Assembly (NCBI GenBank): GCA_973895155.1 | Contig: OZ316892.1 | Location: 4,424,510 to 4,488,509 of the forward strand | DNA from: Marsupella aquatica | Taxonomy: Eukaryota; Plantae; Marchantiophyta | Reading direction: 5' to 3' | DNA length: 64,000 bases | Part shown: positions 25,191 through 37,420 of the stretch, one piece after another | Layout of the letters: the number at the start of each line of letters is the position of its first letter | Numbering within the stretch: position 1 is the stretch's first letter | Notes under the pieces: generated by a model | What the model saw: only the letters and a program-made list of their open reading frames with translations | Told to the model about the DNA's origin: nothing | The model's database searches: none | Position numbers and translations under genes: made by a program

Positions 25191-27699
25191 ATCTGAATGT
25201 ATATCAAATTATAACACATTTCCAAGGAACTCATAGGAGAATTCTTTAGCCCAAATTAGGGAACCCACCTGCCTCTTCTAGATGGATGCTCTTACCATTA
25301 GCACTAAGTGGTTCTTGGAGGTTTAAGAATTTGAAAACACACCTGCCCTACAAAAGGGATGGGTACCATTTAAAGTAACCTCTTCCTGAAATTGGAACAA
25401 CGGGAAAAGTGAGTAGAATGTGGAAGAAAAGGAGTCTTGGACATTTTCCTTTTAAATATGCAATAGTAATTTAAAAGAAACATGCGATTAATTTCATTCC
25501 AGCCCAAAGCTGATTGAAATAATGTCCTCAAAGTTTAAAAATACAAGTCTCTCCCACCTTTGATCCACTTCATCTTGAATCAAAATGTGAATTTTGGCTT
25601 TATATGTTGCGGGAGATTATAAACCATAATGGGCCTTGCTGAGTGGAGAACCATGACATTTACTAACACGTTAGGTCATACTCAGGGTTGACGAGACCTG
25701 ATACAACAAAACACAGTTTCACGTATAATATCAGTTTACAATTACAAATTGACATCTCATTGAAGCCATCTTGACCACTGTGCCACGAAATCTATTGACT
25801 TCTCCTTGTGGAAGATCCACTACATAAGAAAGAGAGAGCTAATGGGCTGTTTGACCTCTCTGGCTGACACATGGCATGGTCGCCGTCTTTTATCTCAAAA
25901 GCAATCCCCTTATAATATAAGATGCTCCCTCTTTGAAACAAAAGTTCCTGAGGACCACAATGTTTGATTCTCTTCCTCGTGGCTGTACATTAGTGGCAGT
26001 CTGGGTTGCACAAATAGTAAATAATTTATTTAAAACTTAGTGCCCAGTGCACAAATTTGACTACCCAAAAAACAGTGGAGTAAAAAACATATGTGGGCAA
26101 TTTTGGGAAATGGGGAGTATATTAAACACGGTAGTCTGCAGACCGTATATAAGGGGAGGTTTCTAACACATGTTTGGCTAGGTGTCAATGAGATACTGGG
26201 AAAAGTAGACTGAGAAAAACATTTTGATCAAGAAATTTTAAAATGGCCACCCAAAAGAGTATGGAAACAGGTGAAAATAACAATCTGCTCCTAAGAATTG
26301 CAAAACCAAGTTACCATTACTGTAAATGGAGGGGTTCATCTGAATTGCATGGCTCAAGGGCATAGTCCATCCTTGCTTCAACATTGTTGTGACTGCCTTA
26401 TTACCCATTTGCAATTTGTGGCTGAACTTTAGTTCATTAGTAGCCCTAATGCACAAGCTTTGCTCATCAATAGATGTTGAATACCAATGCCTGTTTCGAG
26501 CTCCAACCTACCCACACGAGACACGGTTGAGAGATTTCACCCTAGACTCTAAAACTTATCTTTACCTTATTAGGGCATCTCAAAATTGGGCCGTGGGCCA
26601 AAGTTAGTGATTGATGTCCATCCACTAACTTGGGTTGTGTTCCCACTTAATGATTTTAAACCAGGGGGAGGCAGCATTGACTCGCTCGCCCCATGGGGTT
26701 ATGGCCTTACCTCCTCAGTCTCACATAATATATTCCCGTTCTTTCCTTGTTAGTCAGACCCCACCCTGAATGCTGCAGCCATACAATGTTTGGCCCAAAT
26801 CCCATGTGATTTCAATCCTAGCTTTCCGGAGTTGCAGATTTGCTAATTTAGGATTCCTGTCTAAACTTACAAAATGTGGTTAAGGTTATTAGTGAAGTGT
26901 TGAGCTTCTTATGGGATCCAAACTTCTTATCAGAGTTATCCTGGTATAGTCGAGTTTTGAGATGCACCGTTAGGGCATATCATACCAGCTCATTCCTGGA
27001 GGTTTTGCATGGCCAAAGCCTTGCAGGCCAGGTCACAGACCAAAAATCTGCAGTTCCTTAAAAATGTGATAATCAGCAACTCAGGAGGTCAGTGCACTGG
27101 CATCCACACCAAAAGTCACTCCGCTCAATATGAGTCGGTGCCCTTCAAGCAGGGCTTCAAGAATCTTCAGTGCACATTCAAAAAAATCATTGGTGCCAGT
27201 TGACCCATGGGAAAGCACAAACATGTTCAAACCTATATCAAACGTTGGGTTTGGGTTAGGATCAGTTAATTTTTTAAGGTTTTTTATTTTTAGCCAGTGT
27301 GGCAAATGTTTGCTTCTCTAAGGGAAGAGATTTTAGAAATATTCTCTGTCAGATTTTACTGAATTAAATTGTGACCATCAGATATCTCTAGATTTAAGGA
27401 GGACCGTTAGATTCTGGTTAATGGGGTCCATGATTTGGTGCAAGAGTGGCTAATGGTGTCCTAAAAATGTAGCTAATATTAGCCAAAAATGGCGAAAGAT
27501 TTGTGGAGAGGTGGAATTTGGCTAAAATTCGCACTTAAAAAATAAGCTGGTTAGGATCATGTACTTTTAGATTTCTCACAGCACACAGCGGCTTACTAAA
27601 AAAAAACTAGGAACAGCAAATTTGAGCCGCATTTTGTATTGTGCACAATACTGTCAGAAATCGTATCTTTCAACCTGGAATACGGAGCTCAGCATAGTA

Positions 27700-28210
27700 T
27701 ACGGAGTAATTGCTGCCCATTCCGTTGTGCCCGCCTGCCTGGATTATGGTCGGCGGCACTTTTGAATCACTCGCACGGGCCGAACCGAGATACCGATCTG
27801 CCCAGGAAGTCCGGATACCTGACGCCCTGCCCGCCCCTACGACCGGGCACAACGGGGACGAGCATCAAAATCTGCCCACGTCCAGGCCTCATCCTGCCCG
27901 CCGGTGAAAAGTAAAAGTTCGGACTCTGGACTCCCTGCCCGTCCGTGCAATAAAAGAGCCCTACGACACGTGTTGAGAAGGATACGCGACACGCAATGAA
28001 GTGGACACTTGGCGAACGAAGCGCGCCAATTTGCACGAGAGTGTACATTATTTTAATCCGCAGCCCGGGGAAGCCCCAGATTGTACTCTTTTTCTTTGCG
28101 TATGACCTGCCCCGCCCGGACGCCAAATTTACGAAAGGACTACCGTCGTCTTGTCTTTTCGCCCTGCCCCACCCTGCCCCACCCTGCCCCGCCCGCCCGC
28201 ATGCCGTGTC
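27700..28210 (+). promoter_or_regulatory. GC-rich putative promoter of LTI65-like gene A with DRE/CRT, ABRE and CE3-like cores
   Basis: GCCGAC on minus strand (27749-27754), G-box/ABRE GACACGTGT (27965-27973), CE3-like GCGTGTC on minus strand (~27988-27994), and many CTGCCC motifs. Confidence 0.5.
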
Positions 28211-28726
28211 ATGCGATGTCTCTAGTCACATCCGGAATCTCCACATCGATCGTCGACCCAACATTATTCAGTCCCCTTCTCATTTGGATTGTAAATTTTT
28301 CCCGCAGCCTGTCCATCGAAATATTGCTTTCAGTTGGGTCGAGAGCCGCTGATAAATAGTTCATTTCGAGATCCTTGCTGTCGCAGTTTGATTGTAAGAA
28401 GGAAAGATTTGGAGTATAATTCGTTCGTGGGCGTCAATTCTGCTGCCGTGCATCGCACTTTCGTCTTCTTGTTGTCATCGATTGAAGTAGATCGGTGCTC
28501 TGGAAGTGTGGGCTCGTCGGACAGAGTTATTCTCGACGTTTTAGATCTGGAAAGCTGAAAGAAGGATCAGGAACATCGAGCTGGAAGGTTTCTTGTGGAG
28601 TCTGTCGATCCATTCCGAAGAGAACGAGTCGAGCCGATCAGCTGCATCTGAAGAATTGTCGAGGAGTGCATGCTCTGAAGTTTGTGAATTCTTGATAACT
28701 GGGAATTTTTCTTGATCATCATCATC

Positions 28727-31700
28727 ATGGCGAGTGAACAAGTTCCAGGTTCGGTTTCTTTCTCGGACACCCTCCTACAATTTGTGCACCTTTGTGGATC
28801 GCAGCTCTTCTTTCGTCTTGGATAGTATGAAATATGCACCGTGTGACAGGTTTAATTGAGCTTCACTTCGAGCCTCACGGCATGGAACTACACGGCTCGA
28901 TGATTGTTCAAGTTCGATTACTACAGTGCAGGACTTTGCACTCTAGTGGTTTTGCATTGCATGCATGTAGAATAGTTAACGATTTTGGAAAAGGCTTTTG
29001 CTTCAAGTGGTACTATCACTATTGGCCGGGCTTGTGCATGCGAAAAGGGGATGGACCAACATTTAACGATGATGGAACATATGTAGGCAGTTCACAACTT
29101 CTGATACTCTTTCCTACATTGATGAACTATCTGAGGGTTTAGTCGCCAGCAGACGCATGCTTTCACTCTGGAAATTTTGTGCAGGGTTAGAACCGAAATG
29201 TTCTTATTTAGATTCTTGTGGGTCTACTGGAACGTGGTTTTCAGAGACATTGGATGTGAAGAAGTCTTTTGATTCTCTCTCCAGTTGAGGCTCAATTGTT
29301 AACGGTACAGGATCCTGTTCTGGTTACTGTCTTCCTGACATGTCCCACCGCTCTGATCAACAGGCTCCGAGATGCAGGAGGACTCGAAGCCTTCCTTTTT
29401 CAACAAGGTGAAAGCCAAGGCTAAAATGCTGAAGTCCAAGATAAAGCATCATGGGTCCACGGAGGATTCGCCTGAGGCAAGTCCGACCTCAGGAGATCCT
29501 CACACTCTGGCTTCTGCTCCCGGACCTACAGACCACGACGTGGACCAGAGTGATACCTCAGAGTCTGATGGCGAAGGGAAGAACTATGAGGTAAGTCGTT
29601 AGAATGACAGGGGCGTGTCCACACTGGCTTTGTAGAGTCTAGGAAACAACATGATTGTCGCTGAGTGTATTGAAGGTCACTCATGCTCTCAGTCTGGGTG
29701 CAGATTCCTTATACGCCTTTGAACTCAGCTCTGCCTCATCCTACGCGTCCTCCTGGAGCAACAGTCCCAAGTTCGGAAGGTGAGGAGCCGGATAACGACA
29801 GCGGAAATTTTTACCGCTGAGAAATTGGAACTTTACATGTTGAGAGACGTGTCACAAATTCTCCTCCGATGTAGCAAACTAAGTTGATCCTAGCCTTGAG
29901 GCAGTTTTGAGATCTTCAAGTTCAGCAAAGTGATGAAATGAAAATTGTCTAGCTAGGTTTGGATTATCATCCTACATGCCATTTGTAATCTTGTTTCGAT
30001 AATTGTACTATTAGCAATTGAAGTAGATCAAGTATTCTTGGAGACCACTTTGTTCGACATGTTTCTGTGGGAGCTCCGTCGGTAGATCTTGTCATTCTAA
30101 GCTCTTGGGAACTTTTGCAGGCAGTCCTGTCGAACCTGTTGCCTCTGGACAAAGCGCATATGGTACCGATACGATGAAGACTGATGAGAAGTCATTTGCA
30201 GAGGATCCTTCCGTTTTGAAAAGTGAGGGACCGGTTGGAACGGAGCAAGCTGTCCCAACTAATTACAGTTACTTCAATGCTGATCCAGAACAGGCCACTC
30301 GTCCTTCTAATGACGATGTTTCACAAAGCAAGCAAGAAGAAGTTCCTTCCTCTCTCGGTATGCTCGCTAAGCCTCAACCCATTACCTTGCGTAAGATTTG
30401 GAGCATAAAATGGAGGCTGCATCTCTCAGTAGAGGGAAAACTTTGAAGTGAACATTGATTCCAACTGATGTGTGCAGGTGGAGAGTCTGCGGGATTAACG
30501 CCAGCTGTGGGAGAGTTTTCACAAAGCAAGCAAGAAGAAGTTCCTTCCTCTCTCGGTATGCTCGCTAAGCCTCAACTATTACCTTGCGTTAATGATTCGG
30601 AGCATAAAATGGAGGCTGCATCTCTCAGTAGAGGGAAACCCTTGAAGTGAACATTGATTTCAACTGATGTGTGCAGGTCGAGAGTTTGCCTCTGGAAACG
30701 AAAATCCCTTCGCGGATAGAGATGATAAATTGTCGAAATCTGGAGACAGGGAGGCTGAGCTTCTACCCAGCTCGGTGGCATCTCAGGATTCTGAGCAACA
30801 AAGTGACGTCGGCTTGGTCGAGCCATCCGAGCCATCGGAGGAGTCCCTTCTGTCGCATTCGGTCGAGCAGGATCGAGGTCTAAGCGCTCGAGAGCCCTCG
30901 TCAGAATCTGGGAATGCATCTACTGAAACTGATCAAGATCAGCATCAAGGGTACGGTAGATTGGCAGCTGCCGCGGCTGGTGCTGCTGGCGCGGGAGGCG
31001 TTGCAGCCGGTATACATCACGAATTTGATTCCTCTCAAGATCAAGCACCGGGCGAGGAGGGGGCCCTAAACGAGGATAACTCGTCAAAATTGGCAACAGG
31101 AGATTCCGAGGAGCCAGGATTTCAACCGGCAGCCGATAACTTAAACGAGACTGGTGCAGAGGCGTTGCCGACTTCCGAAACTGGAGCTGATGAGTCCACT
31201 CAGGATAAATCATTCCTATCATCCCAAGAGCAGGATTTGGGTCAGGATAACTCAGGTCTGGCGGCCGAAGAGGATCAACAAAAGCCCATGACTAGCAACG
31301 ACTTGGACCTTCCGTCCAGTGAGAGGGAGCAGGAACCTCTTGTCAACAGTGAGACAGAATCTGCCTCTCGATCCGAAAATACCGGGTTCGGTGATCAAGC
31401 TATGTCCGACTCAACTCCAGTCTCACAGGAGGCCTCTGATTCTGCAATTGAAGGGAAGGATCACGCTGCTGATGCACTAGGCTCTACTGAGCCGAGTACT
31501 GAGCAAGCTCCCTCTTTTGATGAAGAGCCGGTCTCTGAGAAAGTCTCCGAAGCAGCTACATCCCAAGCAACAGCTGCCACAGAGCAGGACACCAATTCTG
31601 ATCAACAACCTAAGACTCTTACTGGCTCCTTTGCAAACTCTCTCGGCGGCCTGCCCAGCATATTCACATCTAAGCTAGGACTAGGAGGAGGCAGCCCTGC

Positions 31701-32028
31701 ATCTACCCCGACCAGTGCTCCAAGCGATAGCACAGACCTTCCTTCTGAAACTTCCCCAACTTCAGACACTCCTACTGCAACTTCCCCAACTTCAGACACT
31801 CCTACTGAAACTTCCCCAACTTCAGACACTCTTACTGAAACTTCCCCAACTTCAGACACTCCTACTGCAACTTCAGATGCTTCTCATGATTCTTCTACGA
31901 CGAAAGACACTCCTCATCCTAATCCTCCTGCAGCTGCTCCAGGATTGTTCGACCGAGTGTCGGCTCTGTTCGGTGGTGGCGCAAAGCAGCCTGCCGCACA
32001 GGCAGAGAAACCAGCAGGAGAAACTTAG
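28727..32028 (+). CDS. LTI65/RD29B/CAP160-like hydrophilic stress protein, paralog A (~663 aa, 6 exons)
   Basis: Hand-built exons 28727-28748, 29364-29590, 29704-29779, 30121-30357, 30478-30555, 30677-32028. All introns are GT-AG and phase-compatible (1,0,1,1,1); total 1992 nt. SFFNKVKAKAKMLKSKIKHHG resembles the LTI65/78 N-terminal motif, SKLGLGG is CAP160-like, and the protein is acidic and disordered. Exon 1 is the least certain. Confidence 0.8.
30319..30689 (+). repeat. ~198-bp tandem duplication spanning exon end, intron and next exon start
   Basis: TTTCACAAAGCAAGCAAGAAGAAGTTCCTTCCTCTCTCG|GTATGC...ACTGATGTGTGCAG|GT occurs twice (from ~30319 and ~30517). Confidence 0.95.
31741..31878 (+). 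repeat. 30-bp coding minisatellite (TSPTSDTPTE/A, ~4.5 copies)
   Basis: CCTACTG(A/C)AACTTCCCCAACTTCAGACACT repeats in frame. Confidence 0.95.
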
Positions 32029-33567
32029 ATCCAGACATCTATTATAACCGTGGGACAGGATTTTCAATTCTGAAAGAAACATCAGGCAATCAGGCGCAGT
32101 TTCTTGCTGATGTTTCAGGGAAAGGTTATGTACAGTCGTAATAATTTCAGGCTCATCAGTCGGGATTCAGTTTTGTACAAATCTACATTGGGTAGGGAAT
32201 AGTGAGTGTCTCCCATGTTTTGTAAATAATTTCCCTGTGTCCTTCACAACGGAATGAAATATTTCTCAGTTATGTCATCTTTAAATCTGAGGATTCTACT
32301 CTCGCTCAAAATAGCTGTGAATATATCGAGGGAAATGAATTCTATCATACCCTAACAACTCATTATCTAGATCTATCTCGGCTTCTGTTGTCTTGCTCTA
32401 CGATGACCCAAAGAAAGAACTGTACGTTTATCTCGAATTGGGTCTATCAACTCCTCCAATTCCCCTAGATTGCAGACTGAACAGAATCTAAATTTGACGG
32501 AAGTCTAATGATCTGTAACAAGAGTACTGTAGCTGGGGTGCATTTTCGAAATGGGGTGCATAGTGGTGTAGGGTAACCCTCCCAAAGAGGGGGGGGGTAA
32601 GGGGACATAATTCCAGAGGGTAATGGAATGTAATACTAAAAGCCTAAAGGGCTCTGAGCCCGAGGGGTTTAGAGTCATTATACCCATCCTCAAGTGAGGA
32701 GGAGTTACCAAGCTGAGTGAATTTTTTGAAATTTTCAGTTCACTCTTACATAGCAAAAGTTTCATTTGTTCATTGTATGTCACTTGCAATTGACTTTATT
32801 CCTCAGTCAAATTTCAGAATCCCCAGGCAGGGTAATGTCTCACAACCTTGTACACTTCATTTTCTTTTATTTCTCATTTCAAATTTCAGAATCCTCAGGC
32901 CAGGCTGACCCAGGGGTTTGTGGCTTCATGGGGGTAATGCCTCATAACCTTGTACACTTTATCTGGGGTAATGCCTCATAACCTTGCACACCCATACAAA
33001 ATAAAGATTTCAGGTGGGGTTTAAGGATATCTAAAGCACGATCCAAAGCCTACTGAGCCTTTGGATTGTAACTCTGTAAGGGCACAAGTGAAAATTGAGG
33101 GTGATTGTAATTCTAAGTGAGGGCATAACTGAAATTGAGGGTGCCTATGAATAACAATGAAAATCAAACAAGGGGAATCTTTGTTTCTGCAAGGTTTTCC
33201 TGGTGGCCTTGCCTCATCTCTATTTGCATCAAGGAAGGGGAAATCAGGCTAATGTAGTCGGAATGAATAGCACTTAATGGTTTAGAAGAAAAATTGGGTT
33301 TATTGGGGCCACACTCATTGATATAAAAAAAAACATTGGGTTTATAGTGAAAAATTCATTGGACTAAAAGATAAATCAAAAACACTCAAAACACTGATAC
33401 AAAACAGCAATCAACATTGTAATACAGCAAAACAATGAGGTTTAGTGTGGAAAATTCCTGTAATTTGTGGACACAACAAAATAATCATATTATACTGTTG
33501 CTTTATTATATGTACTTAATGTGCGGCGTTTGTTGTTGCAATACGCAAAAAGTAGCCTAATGCCTGA

Positions 33568-34255
33568 TCTAGTAAATACATGGTGGGTACCATCATGCTC
33601 CTTGATCATCCTGGCCCTTAGCTGTGCCAGTCTGGAGTGGTCACTCTAGATTGTAGGCCCTTATCCTGGCTCCCCAGCTAGTAAATAGATGGTGAGTTCC
33701 ATAGTGCTAGTTGATCATCCTGGCCCTTCTCTGTCCACTGTCTGGAGTTGGACACTCTAGGTTCTAGGCCTATCCTGGCTCCGGAGCTAGTAAATACATG
33801 GTGAGTACCATCTTCAACCTTAAACTGTCTCCGGTCTGGAGTCGTTACCCTAGGTTGTAGGCCCTTATCCTGATCCTGGCTCGCGAGCTAGTAAATAGAT
33901 GGTGAGTACCATCATGCTAGTTGATAATCCTGGACCTTCACTGTCCCTAGTCTGGAGTTAGCACTCTAGGTTCTAGGCCTATCCTGGCTCCTGAGCTAGT
34001 AAATACATGGTGAGTACCATTGTGAACCTTAACTGTCTCCGGTGCGGAGTTGTCACTCTAGGTTATAGGCCCTTATCCTGGCTTTCCATTGTGAAGCTTC
34101 CCTGGAGTCATCACTCTAGGTTGTAGGCCCACATCCTGGTTTTCAATTTGAAGCTTCCCCGGTTGTCACTCTAGGTTGTAGGCACTTATCCTGGCTGTTG
34201 ATTGTGAAGCTTTTTTTTCCCTTCTCTAAAGTATTCATTCTAGGTTCTAGGCCTT
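33568..34255. repeat. ~100-110-bp degenerate tandem array decaying into ~55-bp subunits
   Basis: CTAGTAAATA(C/G)ATGGTGAGTACCAT and CACTCTAGGTTGTAGGCCCTTATCCTGGCT recur at regular intervals. Confidence 0.9.
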
Positions 34256-37200
34256 TACCCCAGATTTTTGTCCTGCATTTAAAAGATGGTCCAGGGAATG
34301 GATAGGTGGTCCAGGGGGAGGGAATCTATACCATAAGCAGAGTGAAAGTAATTACTTTACTCAGATTCTCAACTTTGGGATGGTCCAGGGATCTGTAATA
34401 TAATTCGCTACTCAGATACCTGACAGTATGCTCAAACGGGCAACCCAAATTTCTGTATGGTGAATCATTTCATGAACAAGGTTGACGCCTGTGCTAAAGA
34501 TATGGATTCAGTTTGATGGATATAAGATTCACTCCCATGACAGGTGTATAAATTCACTTTAAATGGATATGTTGGTGTCCTCCATGGCTTATGTAGTCCC
34601 CACACCTGCAGGCACTTTTGTAGCTTACTTTTGGAATGTTTTAGAGCCCTTACCTACCTTTACTTTTCAGTCTCCTCCTTTTCAAGAAGGGAAACCAAGC
34701 TCAAGTGAGAGGGCCATTACTCAAGCATGGAGGCACTTTTGTAGCTTACTTTGGGAATTGTTTGGAACCGTTTCCTCCCTTTACTCAAAAAAATTACATC
34801 AAGAAGGGAAACAAAGCTAAAGTGAGACCAATTTTCAATTTCCTTTCTGGTATTTCTAACCTATACGATAATTTATAAGTTTATTCATGACCTACTCCAG
34901 AAAGTGAAACCGCAGTCCAAAATTTGTTGGGTTGGACAAATTTGTTGGGTTGGACCAACCTTTCTTCTTGGAAGCCTTTGCAATGTACCCACTAGTTCCT
35001 TGAGATCATCTACGGATCTCAAGTTATGGTCCATTGCCCTTTTGCATGCAATGAAGCTTGAGTGAAAGCATGGCCAATGGGCCACGGAATGGCATGCCGG
35101 GACACCCTGGGGTGTTCGACAAGTAGGAAGCCAAACAACCTCCCCTATGCTCAGCTTGTATGCAGCAATGCTTATATGCTACTCTTGTCCCTTGGCTCAA
35201 CGGGAGTAGTGACGGATCTTAACTAATCGCAACTGGTGGGAGTTGTGAGGATGTTAAAACATATACTCTCAAACTAGTATATGTTTCTGAGGACCTGTTA
35301 CTTTGGGACTAGCTTTGGTCCCTTAGTTCTAGCCCAACCCGTATCTAGTTGGGACCATAATTTTTGGTCTATGACTACTAGGTTAGCAGTGCTACACATA
35401 ACACCCCATTCAAGTTTTTGCAGAGCTCTTGATGGTGCTACCAACAACCACTCCTGACCACCTTTCAAGGTGTTTACCTGGCCGAAAAGGGTATCATGAC
35501 AGGTCTACATTGGGGCAGTAGGAAAATTTGATATTTATATTATGCTTGCAATCAAGGATAGGCATGGGGAATCTACTGGGTATCGAGAGCTTTCCTTTAT
35601 TTTTTTGTGAGGTACGACGATGGTAATATCTTGAGTGTGACTCATCAACGTCATAAATAATAAGTGCATGCTTCTTTAGTAAGTTGATCATTTCTCCACA
35701 TTGCACTCAATATAATGTGATGATTAGAATGAGGGGTTCACTTTTTGCAAGAAGATAATAGAACTGCTCTAAGGACAATCACACTAGACTTGTTGAGGAG
35801 GCTGTTTTTCTGTTGTCATTATTTAATTTCTAATTTGTCCTAATGAAGGTTTCAGGGGTTTTTCATCCAATTAAAATTTGATGTTTATTCCCTTGTAAGT
35901 TTTTAATTTTATTTTCTCCCTATTTGAAGATGACCCCAATAATTTATTTTCCTTGCAGAGCTTTCAACGTGGAAAACATGACCAGAATCATCCCCATCAA
36001 CAACAGGATCATTAGGACACTTCCAGCACATAACATTCTGATCTGCAAATGCACTTGGTGTAGGTTTTCCCTGGGTTTTCTCTCCTTTATCAGATTTCAT
36101 GCCTTTGGATAAAATCACCTAGTTAGGGTCTCTTTGTTCATCGACTGCTTGATATCTACTGTACTTGGTTACTCTTCTGATTTGGAATTAGTAGACAACA
36201 AATATCTTATGATCTGGAAATGAGAAGACAAGAAATATATGCATTCAATGATCAACTACCCAGAGCAGGTTTTCAGTACTTGGATCCAATCCCCACAACT
36301 TTTTAGTTAATTATTACATGACACTCTCCCCTAGTCCAGTAGTCCCCTTGGAATTTCTTTTACTCTACCTGCTCATCATTATTAGACCATGACTCTTCAT
36401 CTAAGTAATCAATGGGTCAAGTTTTATTATTATTACATACCCCAATACGAAATTGTTTCCTTCCGACATGTGCTTTCTTTGACCTTACTTTATTGTCTAT
36501 TGAATTTTTAATACCCTTAAGATAATGTTTCATGATAAAAAAATAAAAATCCAATAAGCTGTATGCGAGACTACTTATTAAAATTGTTTTGCAATACGTC
36601 TCAGGTCTGACCGCTTGAGTGGGGCCAAGTCTCCTCGAAGGACGATCCAAATATCAAGCATACTTTAGCCTAGGTGCATCTTTTCGATGTGGCATGGCTT
36701 GCTCCTATCGTGTTTGCTTGGCATGCATGCAGATCAAATCTGTTCGAGCCTTGCTCTTAATCATATGCTACAGTAGGAGCGTGAAGTCACATAATTTTAG
36801 GACGTTGATGTGTGGCAAAACAAACCATGGCTACGTTTTGTTTTTTTTTCAATGTTTTATTTTAGCATAAATTAAAGTCTTAGTGTGCTCTTACAATATA
36901 ATATTTATCAAAATACTTACCCTATGGATAATTTTCCAACGCTTTTTGCCAATAAATCCTAGCTTTTGATTTAAAATTTTATTCCGTGAAATAAAATGTA
37001 AGGTTACATTTAACCCACATCCTTGACAATGTCGGGAATTGTTTGCTGAGACAATTGCTTTCACACAAACCAGATCAGTGCAATGGCACAATATTTTTTC
37101 CGCCACATGCGTGTTGCAATTGCTTTTTTTGTATAGCCTTTTGGCTGCAGTTGGCTCTTTGCTTGAGTTTATTTTGGCTCTTAAAGACAACCAAGCACAA

Positions 37201-37397
37201 CACAATAAGAGCAGCATCAAGCATCCAGCAAGTATCAATAGCCAGTTTCCAGCATAGAGGACTAAATAAAGGGAGAGCACCAGAGAGTATCAAGCACAGG
37301 CAACCAAGTACGAGCCAAAGCAGCAGTGACCAAGCCAAGGATGCGCAGCAGCAAGCAAAAACCGCAGCAGAACTGGAAGAGAGCACAGCACATTGAA

Positions 37398-37420
37398 GGG
37401 GGGGGGGGGGGGGGGGGGGG
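37398..37420 (+). repeat. G23 homopolymer
   Basis: Read directly; length may be affected by sequencing error. Confidence 0.9.

Noticed and set aside
31715-32047. Leu/Gln-repeat ORF (LLKLPQLQT)n
   Set aside because: Alternate-frame reading of the 30-bp minisatellite inside gene A.
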